Positions 28,243 through 42,708 of a stretch of 64,000 nucleotides of DNA are shown one piece after another. Each line of letters starts with the position of its first letter. Position 1 is the first letter of the stretch. Below the pieces are notes generated by a model that saw only the letters and a program-made list of their open reading frames with translations, was not told where the DNA came from and did no database searches. The stretch spans positions 7,564,001-7,628,000 of the forward strand of contig OX597830.1 in the NCBI GenBank assembly GCA_951406725.2, written 5' to 3'. This stretch comes from Octopus vulgaris. Taxonomy: Eukaryota. The translations under genes were made by a program, and so were the position numbers.

Positions 28243-29149
28243 ACTTTCTCTCTGTCTCTCTGTCTCTCTCTGACGAGATTCTCGAACCATCGTTCACACA
28301 TCTGCTGCGGTTAGACGCCGGTTAATCCGTTTATCTTGTTAATCTCGTTAGTGTAACCACATGGTCCTTGTGTGTATCATGGCGGACATACGGCAGGGAA
28401 GGGAGTAAGGGGGAGTAGAGAGAGTAGGGGCGAGTTGGAGGAAGATGGAGATATATTCGGTGGCAGGGGATTTAAAAGAACAACGAAGAGGTGGAGCAGT
28501 CGTATGAGCTGGAGGAAGATATGAAGGAGTAGGAGGAGGAGGAGGAGGAGGAGGAGGAGGAGAAGAAGAAGAAGGAGAAGAAGAAGAAAAAGAAGAAGAA
28601 AAAGAAGAAGAAGAAGAAGAAGAAGAAGAAGAAGAAGATGAAGAAGAAGAAAAAGAAGAAGAAGAAGAAGAAGAAGAAGAAGAAGAAGAAGAAGAAGAAG
28701 AAGAAGACATGCAAAATGTCACACCCACTCCCACTACATCGAAAGAAGATGTCGGATGAGTTTTCTAGAAAGAGGTGCAAAATATAAAACACAAACTAAA
28801 CGACGGGGGGGTGGGGGGGGAGCCTCGGAGAAAAACAAGGCGAAGATTAAATCTGGGTTTTCGTAACAAGGTTATCGGTGACAGATCGCCAGTTGTAAGG
28901 GTCAGTTGATGTGATCCCTAGAAATAGGGAACAATTAATTTATTAGGTGAACCTTCCACTGAATTAAAAGAAGACATACGAGTCAAGTTATCGTTTAACA
29001 GTGATTTGCGGGGTTTGGGGGGAGGGTTGGGGGGGTTGTGACAATTTCTGTGCGATTGCGTTACAAAGTCATGTGATATATAAATATGCAAAGTGGCAGA
29101 TACACACACATAGATATTGTTTTGTGTATATTATTATATATGTGCGTAA

Positions 29150-29208
<59 letters not shown>

Positions 29209-29216
29209 GTATATAC

Positions 29217-29270
<54 letters not shown>

Positions 29271-29334
29271 ATATAAATATATATATATGTGTGTGTGTGT
29301 GTGTATGTATATGTATATATATACATATATATTA

Positions 29335-29573
29335 CTCTTTTACTCTTTTACTTGTTTCAGTCATTTGACTGTGGCCATGCTGGAGCACCGTCTTTAGTCG
29401 AGAAAATCAACCCCAGGACTTATTCATTGTAAGCCTAGTACTTATTCTATCGGTTTCTTTTGCCAAACCGCTAAGTTACGGGGACGTAAACACACCAGCA
29501 TCTGTTGTCAAACGATGTTGGGGGGGGGGGCAAACACAGACACACGCAAACATACACACACACACACACATAA

Positions 29574-29604
<31 letters not shown>

Positions 29605-29975
29605 CATACAGGGGTGGTTGTGTGGTAGGGGGGTTGCTTCCCAAGCACATGGTTCTGGGTTCAGTCCCAATGCGTGGAACCTTGGGCAAGTGTCTTCTAC
29701 TACAGACTCGGGGCGACCAAAGACTTGTGAGCGGATTTGGTAGACGGAAACTGAAAGAAGCCCGTCGTATAGATATGTGTGTGTATGTGTGCATGTATGT
29801 ATTTCTATCTGTGTTTGTACCCCACTATCGCTTGACAACCGAAGTTGGTGTGTTTACATCCTGTAACATTCGCGGTTCGGCAAAAGTGACCGATAGAATA
29901 AGTACTACGCTTACTAAGAATAAGTCCTTGGGTTGATTTGTTCTAGTAAAGGCGGTGTTCCAGCATGGCCACTTT
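29335..29975. mobile_element. Inverted pair of SINE family A copies (29335-~29610 minus, ~29610-29975 plus)
   Basis: 3' halves are reverse complements of each other (GGAGCACCGTCTTTAGTCG vs TAAAGGCGGTGTTCCAGCATGG). Confidence 0.85.
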
Positions 29976-30583
29976 GCAGATTTTTCATTGGAGTGAATCG
30001 AATCATTTGCCTAATCTATCTACCCCTTTTGCCAAACTGCTAAGTTAATGACACGTAAACGCGCCAACACCATTTGTCAAGCGATGCTGGAAGACACAGA
30101 AGGACACAGAGACACACACACACACACACACACACATATTTATATGTATATGGTGGGCTTCTTTCTGTTTCCGTCTACCAAATCTACCACGCACAAGGCC
30201 TTGGGTGGTCCGAGGCTATAGAAGAAGACATTTGTCCAAGGGGCCACTGGCATTAGACTCAAAATCCTTTGGTTGGGAGGCAGGGTTCTTACCATGGGGT
30301 CTGTGTGACCCATTGCCTTGTAGACACACTGAACGGATTTATTCGAAGAAACTGACGCCTATAATTAGTTTACCTTTCAGACTGGTAATTATTCTATCGA
30401 TTACATCGGTCGTTTTGGTTAACCGCCATATCACGGGGACGTAAACAAACCAGCTTCGGTTGTCAACATATGCGTTTATATACATACATTTATATACATA
30501 TGCAGAACGTATCGAAACGATCGCTCTGATCAATAATGTTTCCCGTACATTCCATTCTCCGCCTCTGTTATTTCTGATATATA

Positions 30584-30630
<47 letters not shown>

Positions 30631-30749
30631 GTGTGTGTGTTTGTACAACGAGCTTCTATACAGTTTCTATCTACCAGATTCAATCTCAATGCGTTGGTAG
30701 GCCTGAACCATATAACTGCGTAAAATATATATAAATTAAAAAAATAAAA

Positions 30750-30994
30750 GCGCCCTTTTCATGCCTAGCCAGGCTCATGGGCCCGGTTTCCCAGTTTCTA
30801 TGGCGTATGTGTTCCCCCCAGCTGGACGGGACGCCAGTCCATCACAGCGTTACGCATATTTGCCTGCTGAGTGGAGTGGAGCAACGTGAAATGAAGAGTT
30901 TTGCTCAAGAACAGAACGCGTCGCCCGGTCCAGGAATCGAAACCACAATCTTACGATCATGATGCTGACACCCTAACCACTAAGCCACGCGCCT

Positions 30995-30997
<3 letters not shown>
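30750..30997 (-). mobile_element. tRNA-derived SINE, family D head with a different tail
   Basis: Minus strand: GGAGGCGCGTGGCTTAGTGGTTAGGG...GTTTCGATTCCTGG...CTTGAGCAAAAC. Confidence 0.8.
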
Positions 30998-31032
<35 letters not shown>

Positions 31033-31039
31033 ACGCGTG

Positions 31040-31078
<39 letters not shown>

Positions 31079-31652
31079 GCTGCCCATGTGGTTCCCCCTA
31101 CAAAAACAAGACATAATGAGGATCCAAGCGCCACGAATATCTATCACAATAACAATTCAAACGAAGATACGATATGAACACTGTTGTGTGTTCCGTCACA
31201 GGAACGCAGTTTCCGTTTTACGACAACTTCGCGTTCCAGTTTTTCTGGGACACTGGTCTGTCATCAAACAGAAGATGGGTTTTCTTGGTATACGATTTCG
31301 TCAGATTTGAACAATTTCCCAAATGAATTTAGAAGACGCAAAATACCAGGAATTTCCTCTGGATTTTTCTTTATATTTGCTATTGAAAGTTATACAAAGC
31401 TTCAAAATTTGAAATATTGCAGAACGTGAAAAGTTGCCATCACGATTCGTGAATCAAATTTTGAACCTATCCTAAACATGATTCAGCTGTTATGTCATAT
31501 TCTTGAGCAAAAAAAAAAAAGGATCTTACCATGGTAGAGATATACTTTTACTGTGCCAGGTGGGTGGCTCAACATCGGCAGAATTTGAACTCAGAACGTA
31601 AAGTCACACGAAATGCTGCTAAGCATATATACATACATCCATACATCCATAC

Positions 31653-31751
<99 letters not shown>

Positions 31752-31862
31752 TGTATGTATGTATGTATGTATGTATGTATGTATGTATTGACTTCAACAA
31801 TGTAACAATACGTGTGCCGTTGGCGATTTCTTCTTTTCCATATTTGGATTTTCCCTTTCTTC

Positions 31863-31895
31863 TTTCCGACGAAGAGCTATACTCGAAACGTCAAA
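31863..31895 (+). ncRNA. Minimal type I hammerhead motif (family H1 copy within 31810-31995)
   Basis: TTT CCGACGA A GAGC-TAT-ACTC GAAA CG TC AAA; GUC site, core U4 changed to C. Confidence 0.6.
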
Positions 31896-31996
31896 TTCCC
31901 TCCTTTCGCCAAGAGTCAAGCTAATACATTTCTTGTGCACGCCATCACGTTCGTTTTTTCGTTTCATATTTGAATTGGTTGTTTATTTTAACTTGT

Positions 31997-32034
<38 letters not shown>

Positions 32035-32063
32035 ACTATTATTATTATTGTTGTTATTATTAT

Positions 32064-32119
<56 letters not shown>

Positions 32120-32387
32120 TTATTATTATTATTATTATTATTTATATATATATAGAGAGAGAGAGTGAGAGAGTGCGAGATAGTGAAGGGGGGACCTGGT
32201 TACATCGAACCACACCCTGATGTTTTTTTTTTTTATATAACTGCCATTCTATATATAATTACGTGCTGGGATGGGAAGTATCACTTGCATTCTATCTAGT
32301 ATACGGTGCCCTAGCATGGTGCAGAATAATAACTGAATTAAATTACAAGAAACAGGTTATTTTCATGTTATGCTGATGATAATTTTG

Positions 32388-32445
<58 letters not shown>

Positions 32446-32446
<1 letters not shown>

Positions 32447-34210
32447 TACTTTTAGTCTGCATGTTTGTTACATTCACTCACCGAGAGACACCTAGCGTCC
32501 TAGGGTGAGTGAAGAATAATAGATGGTACAGTATGAGTGAAAACTTGGGGAGGGGAAGTGATAGGAGCAGTAGCGAAATATCTTCATGTACTACAAAACA
32601 TACATTTAAATTGATAGGGCTTTTCTAAGGATATGAGTAGTACTTATCAGCACAGTCTTTTGGATTTCTCTGAGACATGATTCTCCTGGGATATTATCTA
32701 GATTTTTCTGACATCCCTTTTTATCATACCAGGGGCAACCACAATAACAGGAACAGCTCTCGCTTTAAGATGCCAGGTCCTTATATTTACTTCATTTGTC
32801 AAATACCTTTACAGATATATTTTTATCTGTAGCAACATTTACAGCTATTAATCTACAAGTATTTTCTTTTATGTCTTTAATGACTATGTCTGGTCGATTA
32901 GCCTGGATCGTTCTCTCAGTGCTGCCTGGAAAATTCCTAGAGGATAGTGACATGTTTACCTTCAACAACTGGCTCAGGATGATGTTCGTACCAGTAAGCA
33001 GGAGTGATGATTTTTCAGTGTTTACATATTTTCCCATGTAAATACTGTCCTACCCTATCATGGCGATTTTTATATTCCTTTGATGTCAGCACAGGACATC
33101 CCGAGAAGTGATGGTGTATTGTTTCGTCACATTGTATCGCAGGATCTGCATTTATGGTCAGAACCGTTTTGAAGAACGGTAGATTTTGTGTGCAACCTTT
33201 CATCTCGTGCCGCCAATATGAAACCTTTATTCTCTGCTTTCATTCCTGAACTTCTCAGTTACTGATGGGTTGTTGCTTGGTCTACATCAGCATTTCGGCT
33301 CCGAAGTATATTCTGTCCGTGCAGAGACTTCTGGCTCCGTCGCTCCTCAATTTGTTTCTAGTCGTTCTCTTTTGAAGTCTGCTTCATCCATTTTGCTTGC
33401 TTTGTGGCAGTGGTTTCGGGTTCTTTAAATATTTCAGGGTTAATGCCAAGTTCCCCTGCGAATTTGCAAGCTTCTTTGACAACAGAATGTGAATTTTTGC
33501 TGCTCTTGTGTTTGTACACAAGTCGCAGCGTCCAGTCCTCTCTACTAGATAAATACTTGCTATTTATCTATTGTGGAGGCCTTATAGCACAGCTCTACCC
33601 ACATCATTCTGCTTCCCTCATTACTTCTAGGTAGGTACAGATGATCAACCTCTACTTTTGGGCGGTGAAAGTTCTTAGATGTTAGTAGTTTTCTTGTCTT
33701 CTTGTCCAGGGGTTGGAGTTTTATAAGATCCCAGTTAATGATGTTAAAACTATATTAAACTACTGGAAGTGTCAAGGTGTTAATGGTTTCGATGCGATTT
33801 TTAAAGTTGAGTTCAGTCTTTCGTATGAGTCTTATTATTCTTTTCTTATTTTTCCTTCATAGTAGCATATTGTATACCACCTCCTTCGTTTATCCCCAGG
33901 TATTTATAGCTTTCTTGTGGGTCAAGCTCCTTGATGGTAGTGTCAGTATCTAACATAAGGGAAGCTGTTTGCTTGGGCTTGCCTCTTACAAAAGTTGATT
34001 TAGCACACTTCTCAAGGGTCTCGATGTCATTGCTGAATTCTTTAAAAGTTGTTAGCAACCCTACTAGCGCTTCGTCATTTCTAACAAACAACCTTCAGAT
34101 CGTCCATATAAAATAGACAGTTTACCGTCGAATGGTAAATTTTGAACCCATATCAGGTGTTACTTAGTTCGTTTGAGAGTGGGATCAGTGCCAAGCAAAA
34201 GAGTAATGGG
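32446..34210 (-). mobile_element. 5'-truncated, frameshifted R4/Dong-clade non-LTR retrotransposon (RT + zinc knuckle + restriction-like endonuclease)
   Basis: Minus-strand translations: PLLFCLALIPLS, LFYMDDLK (YMDD at 34099-34110), YKYLG, CDETIHH..SGC..L...EYKNRHDRV, ANRPDIVIKD, C-terminus EIQKTVLISTTHILRKALSI* (stop 32606-32608); (TAA)n on both sides. Confidence 0.92.
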
Positions 34211-34211
34211 A

Positions 34212-34291
<80 letters not shown>

Positions 34292-34317
34292 TCATTATTA
34301 TTATCATTATCATTATT

Positions 34318-34535
34318 AAGCCGGCGAGCTGGTGGAATCGTTACCGCACCGGGGGAAATGCATTGCGATATTTCTTCCGTCATACATTCTGATTTCAAAT
34401 TGCGCCAAGGTCGACATTACCTTACATTCTTCGGGGTTCATAAATTAGGTACCAGGGAAACACTTGGGTCGATCTAATCGACTAGTCTCTTCCCACAAAA
34501 GTTCAGGCCTTGTGTGTTTAGTAGATAGGATTATT
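34318..34535 (+). mobile_element. SINE family B, degenerate
   Basis: AAGCCGGCGAGCTGGTGGAATCGTTACCGCACC... Confidence 0.8.
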
Positions 34536-35017
34536 ATTATTGTTGCTTAAAATTACCTCGGATTAGTGGATCAAGGGAATCCTTAGAGCGTTATACACAG
34601 TGGCCGCTGTCAATTACGACCGGAGGAGAAATTAGACGAACTCTACGTAGCCATTCATCCTTTCAAGTTCAATAAAATAAAGTACCGGCCCAGTACTCGA
34701 GACACTAACATCTATCGTAACACCCCTCATCAAAAACTGACGCTGTGTTGCCAGGAATCCATTCATAACATAAATTATAAAAGTCCACTACAATGTGCAA
34801 ATTTGTACGCTCTGTGTTAATTAACATGTATTTATTGTGCGTAGATATCGGCTGCTTCCCATTAACGTTATGGCGAACAGTGTTAATCACGTGTGCGGAG
34901 AACCATAAGAAACTATGCGCTGCACTCAGGGTTCAATACTTGCTGCTGACTACGAAGAAATCGGGGTATATTAACCGAATTTCATAAGTGCAAGTACGAT
35001 TTCATATATATATATAT

Positions 35018-35052
<35 letters not shown>

Positions 35053-35120
35053 TAGGTAGACAGTTATATGCATAAATATGAAAAGTATATATATATTTAT
35101 GTATATATACATAATACATT

Positions 35121-35159
<39 letters not shown>

Positions 35160-35660
35160 GGAAGGAATGTGTGTCTGTGTTTATGAATGTGAGATTGTGT
35201 ATATTAAGAAAATATATATATATGCGTGCACACAAGTATATATACCAACCCATCTATCTATCTATTTATATACCTATCTATGTACATACATCTATATATA
35301 TATACGTGTATGTATGTATATGTGTCTGTATATACATATATATTCAAATATATGTGTGCCTCTGCGCGCGCGCGTGTGTGTGTATATATGCATATATTTT
35401 CTTAGACATATATGTCTGCAAAATACAATGCTTACTATACATGATTTGTGCATTCATTTACTTTCTCCCACACAATTAGGATTTTTATTTTTTTTATTTG
35501 TTGCACAATTAAAGGTGTATTTTCCGAAGAATTCCAAAAATCCAGGATGGAATAATTTGAGACGAATTAAGAATTGTCCAGCAGCTAAAGAACCGAGCAC
35601 GACCCTCTAACATCCAGAAAAACAATATTTATACAAGACAGTAACTAAAAAAAAATACAT

Positions 35661-35791
<131 letters not shown>

Positions 35792-36049
35792 CATACATAC
35801 ATATATATATATATATGTTCATACAGACACACAAACGCACACACACACATATATATATATATATACATATATATTGAGGAGGAGTTTATTGTGAAATAAC
35901 GAAGAGAAAGGAAGTTATGATGTTGGTGAAAAAAATCTCAGATATGCAAGAAATGGATATCTCACAACATAATTATTCACACTCAGATACATACATACAT
36001 ACATACATACATACCTATGTATGCATATATGTATGCACGTATATGTTTA

Positions 36050-36084
<35 letters not shown>

Positions 36085-36114
36085 TATGTATTTATTTATT
36101 AGTATGTATGTATG

Positions 36115-36170
<56 letters not shown>

Positions 36171-36197
36171 CATACATATATATATATATATACATAC

Positions 36198-36236
<39 letters not shown>

Positions 36237-36328
36237 ATATGAACATGTATTTTTCTACTTATGTACCCATATTTAACCTTTATCTTCACAGTTTATCTAT
36301 CGATAAAACTCTCTTCGACACTCACTCC

Positions 36329-36368
<40 letters not shown>

Positions 36369-36546
36369 ATATCTAAACGTCTGTATATGTTAGTCTGAGC
36401 ATCAAAGGTGTTGAAGGTTATGCTGTGTAACATACTTTCATGCACAGAACAGAGTTTGGTGGAAGCAAACAATGATAATAATAATATTAATAATAATAAG
36501 AAGAAGAAGGGGAAGAATAATAATAAGAAGAATATTAATAATATTG

Positions 36547-36641
<95 letters not shown>

Positions 36642-36644
36642 CCT

Positions 36645-36835
36645 TTCAACTAAAGGCACGAGGCCTCAAATTTGGAGGAGCAGCTTACGTCGATTACATC
36701 GACTCCAATGCGTAACTGGTATCGATTCCGAAGGATGAAATCAAAGTCGACCTCGGCGGAATTTCATCTGACAGACGTAATACCGCTAAGCATATTGGCC
36801 GGCGAGCTAACGATCCAACCAGCTCGCCGCCTTAG
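36645..36835 (-). mobile_element. SINE family B inside (TAA)n
   Basis: Plus strand ends ...CCAGCTCGCCGCCTT; AAAGTCGACCTCGGCGGAATTT. Confidence 0.8.
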
Positions 36836-36837
36836 TG

Positions 36838-36900
<63 letters not shown>

Positions 36901-36937
36901 GTAATAATAATAATAATAATTATTATTATTATTATTA

Positions 36938-36986
<49 letters not shown>

Positions 36987-37090
36987 TTATCATCATACAG
37001 ACAAGTATGACGAGCGTTTCTTGTTATTTATTTTCATTTATGCATAAATAGGTTACATATATACACACAGACGGACACATGAGGGGATAC

Positions 37091-37164
<74 letters not shown>

Positions 37165-37219
37165 TGTATCGATATATGCTAATATATATGGATGTGTGTG
37201 TGTATTTCTGTATTCTGTA

Positions 37220-37256
<37 letters not shown>

Positions 37257-37906
37257 ATACATATGAATTGAGAGAGAAGGGTGAGAAGAAAGATAGAAAC
37301 GAGGAACGATAGTGAGAAATAAAGAAATGGAAATAAATGAATGAGTGAATGAATGAATGAAGATACGAAAGAAATGAATGAAGAGAGGGAGAGGATAAAT
37401 ACATAAATATATAAAATAAATAAATATAAGGACTGAGAAAAATATTGAAGAAAAAAGGAAGAAATAATGAAATACAGACAGAAATAAGGAAAGATACGAA
37501 GACAAAATGAAAAAAATAGGCAGTACAAGACTCGAAAAAGAGGAATGGAAAAGGAAAAAACACAAACGTAACGCGTGTGTAAGTTAAAAAAAATATATTG
37601 CGTATTATCATGATTAGAAATATGTAATAAAACGGAAGATGAAGAAAAAAAAGGGAATCAATAAAATAGGAGAATGATGGAAGTACAGAATATGAGAATG
37701 CATAAAACCAAAAAAAGAAAAAGAATTTTGAGAAAGAAAATCTAATGTGCAAAGGGAGAATTAAAGACTTCAAGACAATAATATTTTCTGGTTCTGCTTT
37801 TGGTCAAATTATCGAAGATTCAAAGATGCCATAACAGAGATGGTATTTTACCTTGTATATAGCTTTATGAATATATATATACATACATACATACATATAT
37901 ACATAT

Positions 37907-38009
<103 letters not shown>

Positions 38010-38074
38010 CATGTCTATGCATTTTATATATCTCGTATCCCGTTTTTTACATACTCTATAAATATGCCAACTTT

Positions 38075-38115
<41 letters not shown>

Positions 38116-39167
38116 TATAATTCTGCTACCATAAGGAAGTTTTCAGGATAGTTTTGCGATATTTTTTATTCAGAGTAAAACGGTAATAAAAATCTACATC
38201 GAGAGAGAATGTGGTGAGTTCTATAGATTGAAAAAGAAAAAAATAATAATGATTTTAAATCCATGGATGTGTGTATGTAGAACGCAGAGGCGTTCGTAGA
38301 TTTTCTCGAACGGTGCAGTTTCTGACACCCTTGTGATATACTGAAATATATATACGTGCGTGTATATATATATATATATATGGAAATAGATGCGTCTCTT
38401 TCTCTTTCATATATATATATATATGTGTGTGTGTGTGTTTTGCAAACAACTTGCACATGCAAGTGCTACCAGTCGAAAGCTCAGCATACCGGAAGCTAGC
38501 AAGTGTGTGGGGTCATCAGGAAAGAATGATGTTGTTGCAGGGCATGATTACTTATGTCCGACATTCTCGGCATGGCACCTGAAGAAGTGTTTAGTGTATT
38601 ATTAAGTACATCTACTAACTGAGAGGATAAACTAGGATGCACCGACAGATTCTTAAGTTATCAAAATTACTTCCACCTATAATATTCGATACGCCTGTAT
38701 TTGCCTATGTTTTCCATATACGAGTCAATAACCATTCTGAGTTACGTCCCTTAGTTCATGTTTGTTTAAATTACACACATTGCGTAGCCATAAATGTCTT
38801 CTCCGTCATTTTATAAATTTTTAATAGGTCTAGGCCCCTTTCCTACTGTTGATAAGGTTGGGCACTTATCGTGCTGCTGACGCTTTTTGAGGTAGAAACA
38901 TGTATCCACGGCTGCCCTCTTACCAGCTATTCTGACCATTTCTGAAATGGCAAGTCAACTTTAAGAGAAATACTTGATCCTTGAGATTATCTCCACTTGA
39001 ATTATCATACGAAGGTTTCCTCTATTACCATTCGGTTGTTGTGACTCATCCTCTTGAGGCTGAATTAATTTTAATAATTCAAGAATTTATGATGTTCTAT
39101 GGTATTTGATATACCTGTACTCCCTCTCGCTCTCTCTCGCTCTCTCTCGCTCTCTCTCCCTCTCTCT

Positions 39168-39213
<46 letters not shown>

Positions 39214-39942
39214 TTACATACATATTTTAAATATTTAATATGCATAGGTTAAATAGCCAATATTTTAAATGACTGCTCCCTAACCCCCAATATAATTTTA
39301 AATATCTTTATATTTAATATGCATACTTTAACGCAAACCTCGGACTAAATTAAACTTGGACATGGAGTTTAAATTACTACTATGTTTTTTAAAATTAAAT
39401 TTATTTGATTATGTGGATGTATTAACTTTAATATCCATATAACAAGAATGTAAACATAGTGAAATCTAATATGCATATAACGGGGACTTATATTTTGTGG
39501 AACTGACCTTACCTGGACTTGTATTCGGACTGAATGTTTTGGATGCTAGAATTTATCTTATTCGTGTTAAGCGGATGCGTTAAGTATTATTTAGATTATG
39601 TTTGTATAATATATTAATACGCATATATCTTGTTTGTACATATGTGTATATATATGCGTGTATGTGTGAACATTTATACTTGGTACCTTGTTTCATGAAT
39701 TTTTGTTATGTTGTTTTGTATTACCGTTAAAACAACATTACTGTTGGTTTTGTTAAAAGTGGTAGTATATTACGTTAGAATGCATTTACTGATCTATACG
39801 AAGCATGATAATCCAATGTAATGTGATGTACTGTTCAATGTTGTTCTTTATGTTTTTTGCACATGTGATTAATATGTACGATTTGGCTATGTGTGTATAT
39901 GTATGTATATTTGTATATTTTATATGTATATATGTGTTTATG

Positions 39943-40026
<84 letters not shown>

Positions 40027-40032
<6 letters not shown>

Positions 40033-40150
40033 ATACAAACTGGGACAAGAACGCAAAACATTTAGATGACGATACAAAAAACACGGACGGGACATTCGAA
40101 GCCTTCAATCTTCAGTCAAGAACCGGATCATCCTAGCAATTTCGGCTGAA
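40027..40150 (+). repeat. Dispersed repeat; inverted copy at 44335-44410
   Basis: AAATACAAACTGGGACAAGAACG...ACACGGACGGGACATTCGA is the reverse complement of 44335-44410. Confidence 0.85.
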
Positions 40151-40537
40151 TATATATATCAACAGAAAATTTCGGCTGAATATATATATATCAACAGAAA
40201 TGAGAAAAATGCCACTTATATTTGAACACTATACAAATATTCTTTTAAAAAGAATATTTTTTAATTTTTCTTAATTTTTAATTTTTCTTAATTTAATTAT
40301 TTAATTGTTACAGTTGAAAAAGTCTCAATGTCTAAAACCGGTACTGAAATGTTCTTTATAAAATTATTTTAGCATTTTCTATCCTGACCTGTTTTTTCAT
40401 ATATATATATATATATATTTGTATGTATGTATTTTGAATATCTGTCTTATTATTTATTTTCTTGTTTTTATTGGATAGTATGTGAAGCAGGTTTTTTATA
40501 TATCAATATTATTATTATACTTTTCTAGTTATGTATA

Positions 40538-40665
40538 TCCTCTGACGAGGCCTTTGGTTATATAGACAAATATAATCTTTAATGCCTACGACTATGTTAC
40601 AATGGCATCTATAGGCAATTTAAGTTGGATTGTCTCTTGACCATCGGCTGAAACAGCTGTAAGGA
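40538..40665 (+). ncRNA. Type I hammerhead ribozyme with ~100-nt extended stem II
   Basis: Stem I TCCT (40538-41) / AGGA (40662-65); CTGACGA 40542-48; stem II GGCC...GGCT; GAAA 40650-53; palindromic CAGCTG; GUA site, predicted cut after 40661. Confidence 0.8.
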
Positions 40666-41261
40666 GCAGTTTATTTGTATTATTTTTATTTTTATTATTA
40701 TTTTACATATTGATGTATATTGTTACGTTTGATTTTCATGTTCCTATTTGCATAATTAATAAATAATGTGAAATTGTAATATCCCTAAATTCATGATCGA
40801 AATGAATTTGTTCCTCCATTTTCTTATTTGTATTATGAATTTACGGTAAAATATTTTTACCTTCACCCATTCAATACAATAAATGAATTAATTGCACTGC
40901 AATTATAAGCATTTATGTATTTAGTATTTGGGTACTTCACCAGCAGTATATTGGATAACTGATATCCCATAGTGGGTTGCCCTCATAACCCCTATCTTAC
41001 TTTGTATTATATATATATACCTCTCTATCTATCTCTTTCCGTCTCTATATATATATATACCCACACACACACACACACATATATACATATATACTCTTTT
41101 ATTCCTTTATTATTATATATATATATATATATACACACACTCTTTTATTCTTTTATTTTTCATGCCCAAAAGTTGTGACCATGCTTGGGCACCGCCTGTG
41201 TCATCACCTTTTCAATGGCCATTCTTTTGTGTGATAGGCTTTCGGTGAAGTGAGTTCGATA

Positions 41262-41314
<53 letters not shown>

Positions 41315-42666
41315 CATACATATATATACATATATATACATATACACACATATATACATGCATAAATATTCATAGATATGTATAAATACTTAAATATATA
41401 TTTGTAATAATATATTATATATATATTTTCATGTGTGTGTGTGTACAATATATACACAGACATAAATATATATGCACGCACATATATCTATACATACACG
41501 TAAAGAATGTAACTCTGGCCACAGGAAGGCGGAACCCAGCGGGATGAGCCATGAAAACCTTCTCCCTAAACCCTTCACTTCCTGTTCAGCTGGCTACACA
41601 CGGAACCGTAACAGCTCCATACTTTGGTGTCTCGTCTTTCTGATAATCTTAGATCCGATATATACGACAGAAACTAGATAAGACCGCATCTTTCTCCCTG
41701 TCTCCTTCTCTTTATTGCTCTGTCTGTCTGTCTATCTCTCCCTCTTTCTCCTTATTTTCTAGTTTTACCCTTCATTTTCCTTCTATCTCTCTTTTGGTTT
41801 ATTTGTTTTTATTTTTATCTTCTTGTTTTCCAGCCGTTTTACAACGAAGTGTCAATGTTGCTGATACGAGCTTTCAAAACCTCTTTGAAGCTTTCATAAA
41901 CATAACACATGATGATAATTAGAAAGGTCTCAAAACTCGAAGGGATGGGGTTAAGAACCAGCCCCCTCATACAAAAAGAGAAATTAAAGGACTGTTTTCC
42001 CCATCTCGAATGTCTGTGGGAAGTTGATGACAAAAGACAGGGGCTTGGTTAAGTTTTTAGCTCTCAGTGTCTGCTTAGAAACGGCAGCCAACCACTGACG
42101 ACAGGGGTGGGTCCCTGTGTGTCGCTCACACAGCGTCGCGTGTGCACACGAGAAATTCGCTTACCTTGCACGTGAACACGATCTTACACGCGAACGCACG
42201 CACTCCACAGCCCGAAAATCACACGTGTATTACAACGGCAAAAACACAGACACGCCACACGCAGTCACGCACACACGCACACACACACACACACATACAT
42301 TAATATATTCACTGCACATACACACGCATGCATGAACATAAACACCACACGTATGTGTGTGTGTATGTGTATGAAGGCTTTGCGTGTGAGTGAAATGTGT
42401 ATGCATGGATATATGCGTAAATATATATATATATGTATGTGTGTGTGTATACACACACACACATATATATATATATATGCAGAACACATTTATATATAGA
42501 CAAATATATATATAGATAAATAGATAGATAGATAGATAGATAGTTATAACGCGCGCAAATACATCTCATATACGCACATATACACATTTCTACATCAACG
42601 GTACGTGTATACACAGGCAGACATATATACGCGTATATACACAAACAGGCGGACGCATAGTCAAAT

Positions 42667-42708
<42 letters not shown>

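Noticed and set aside
28266-28295. CTGACGA GA-TTC-TC GAAC hammerhead-like motif
   Set aside because: GAAC instead of GAAA, 2-bp stem II, no stem I or III
28861-28873. TCGTAACAAGGTT matches the conserved SSU rRNA 3' motif
   Set aside because: Only 13 nt with no flanking rRNA similarity; likely chance
31265-31312. Minus-strand CTGACGA...GAAA
   Set aside because: No stem II or stem III pairing
41790-41925. Strong polypyrimidine tract + CAG acceptor at ~41834
   Set aside because: All three frames close within ~30 codons and no clear donor; cannot support an exon
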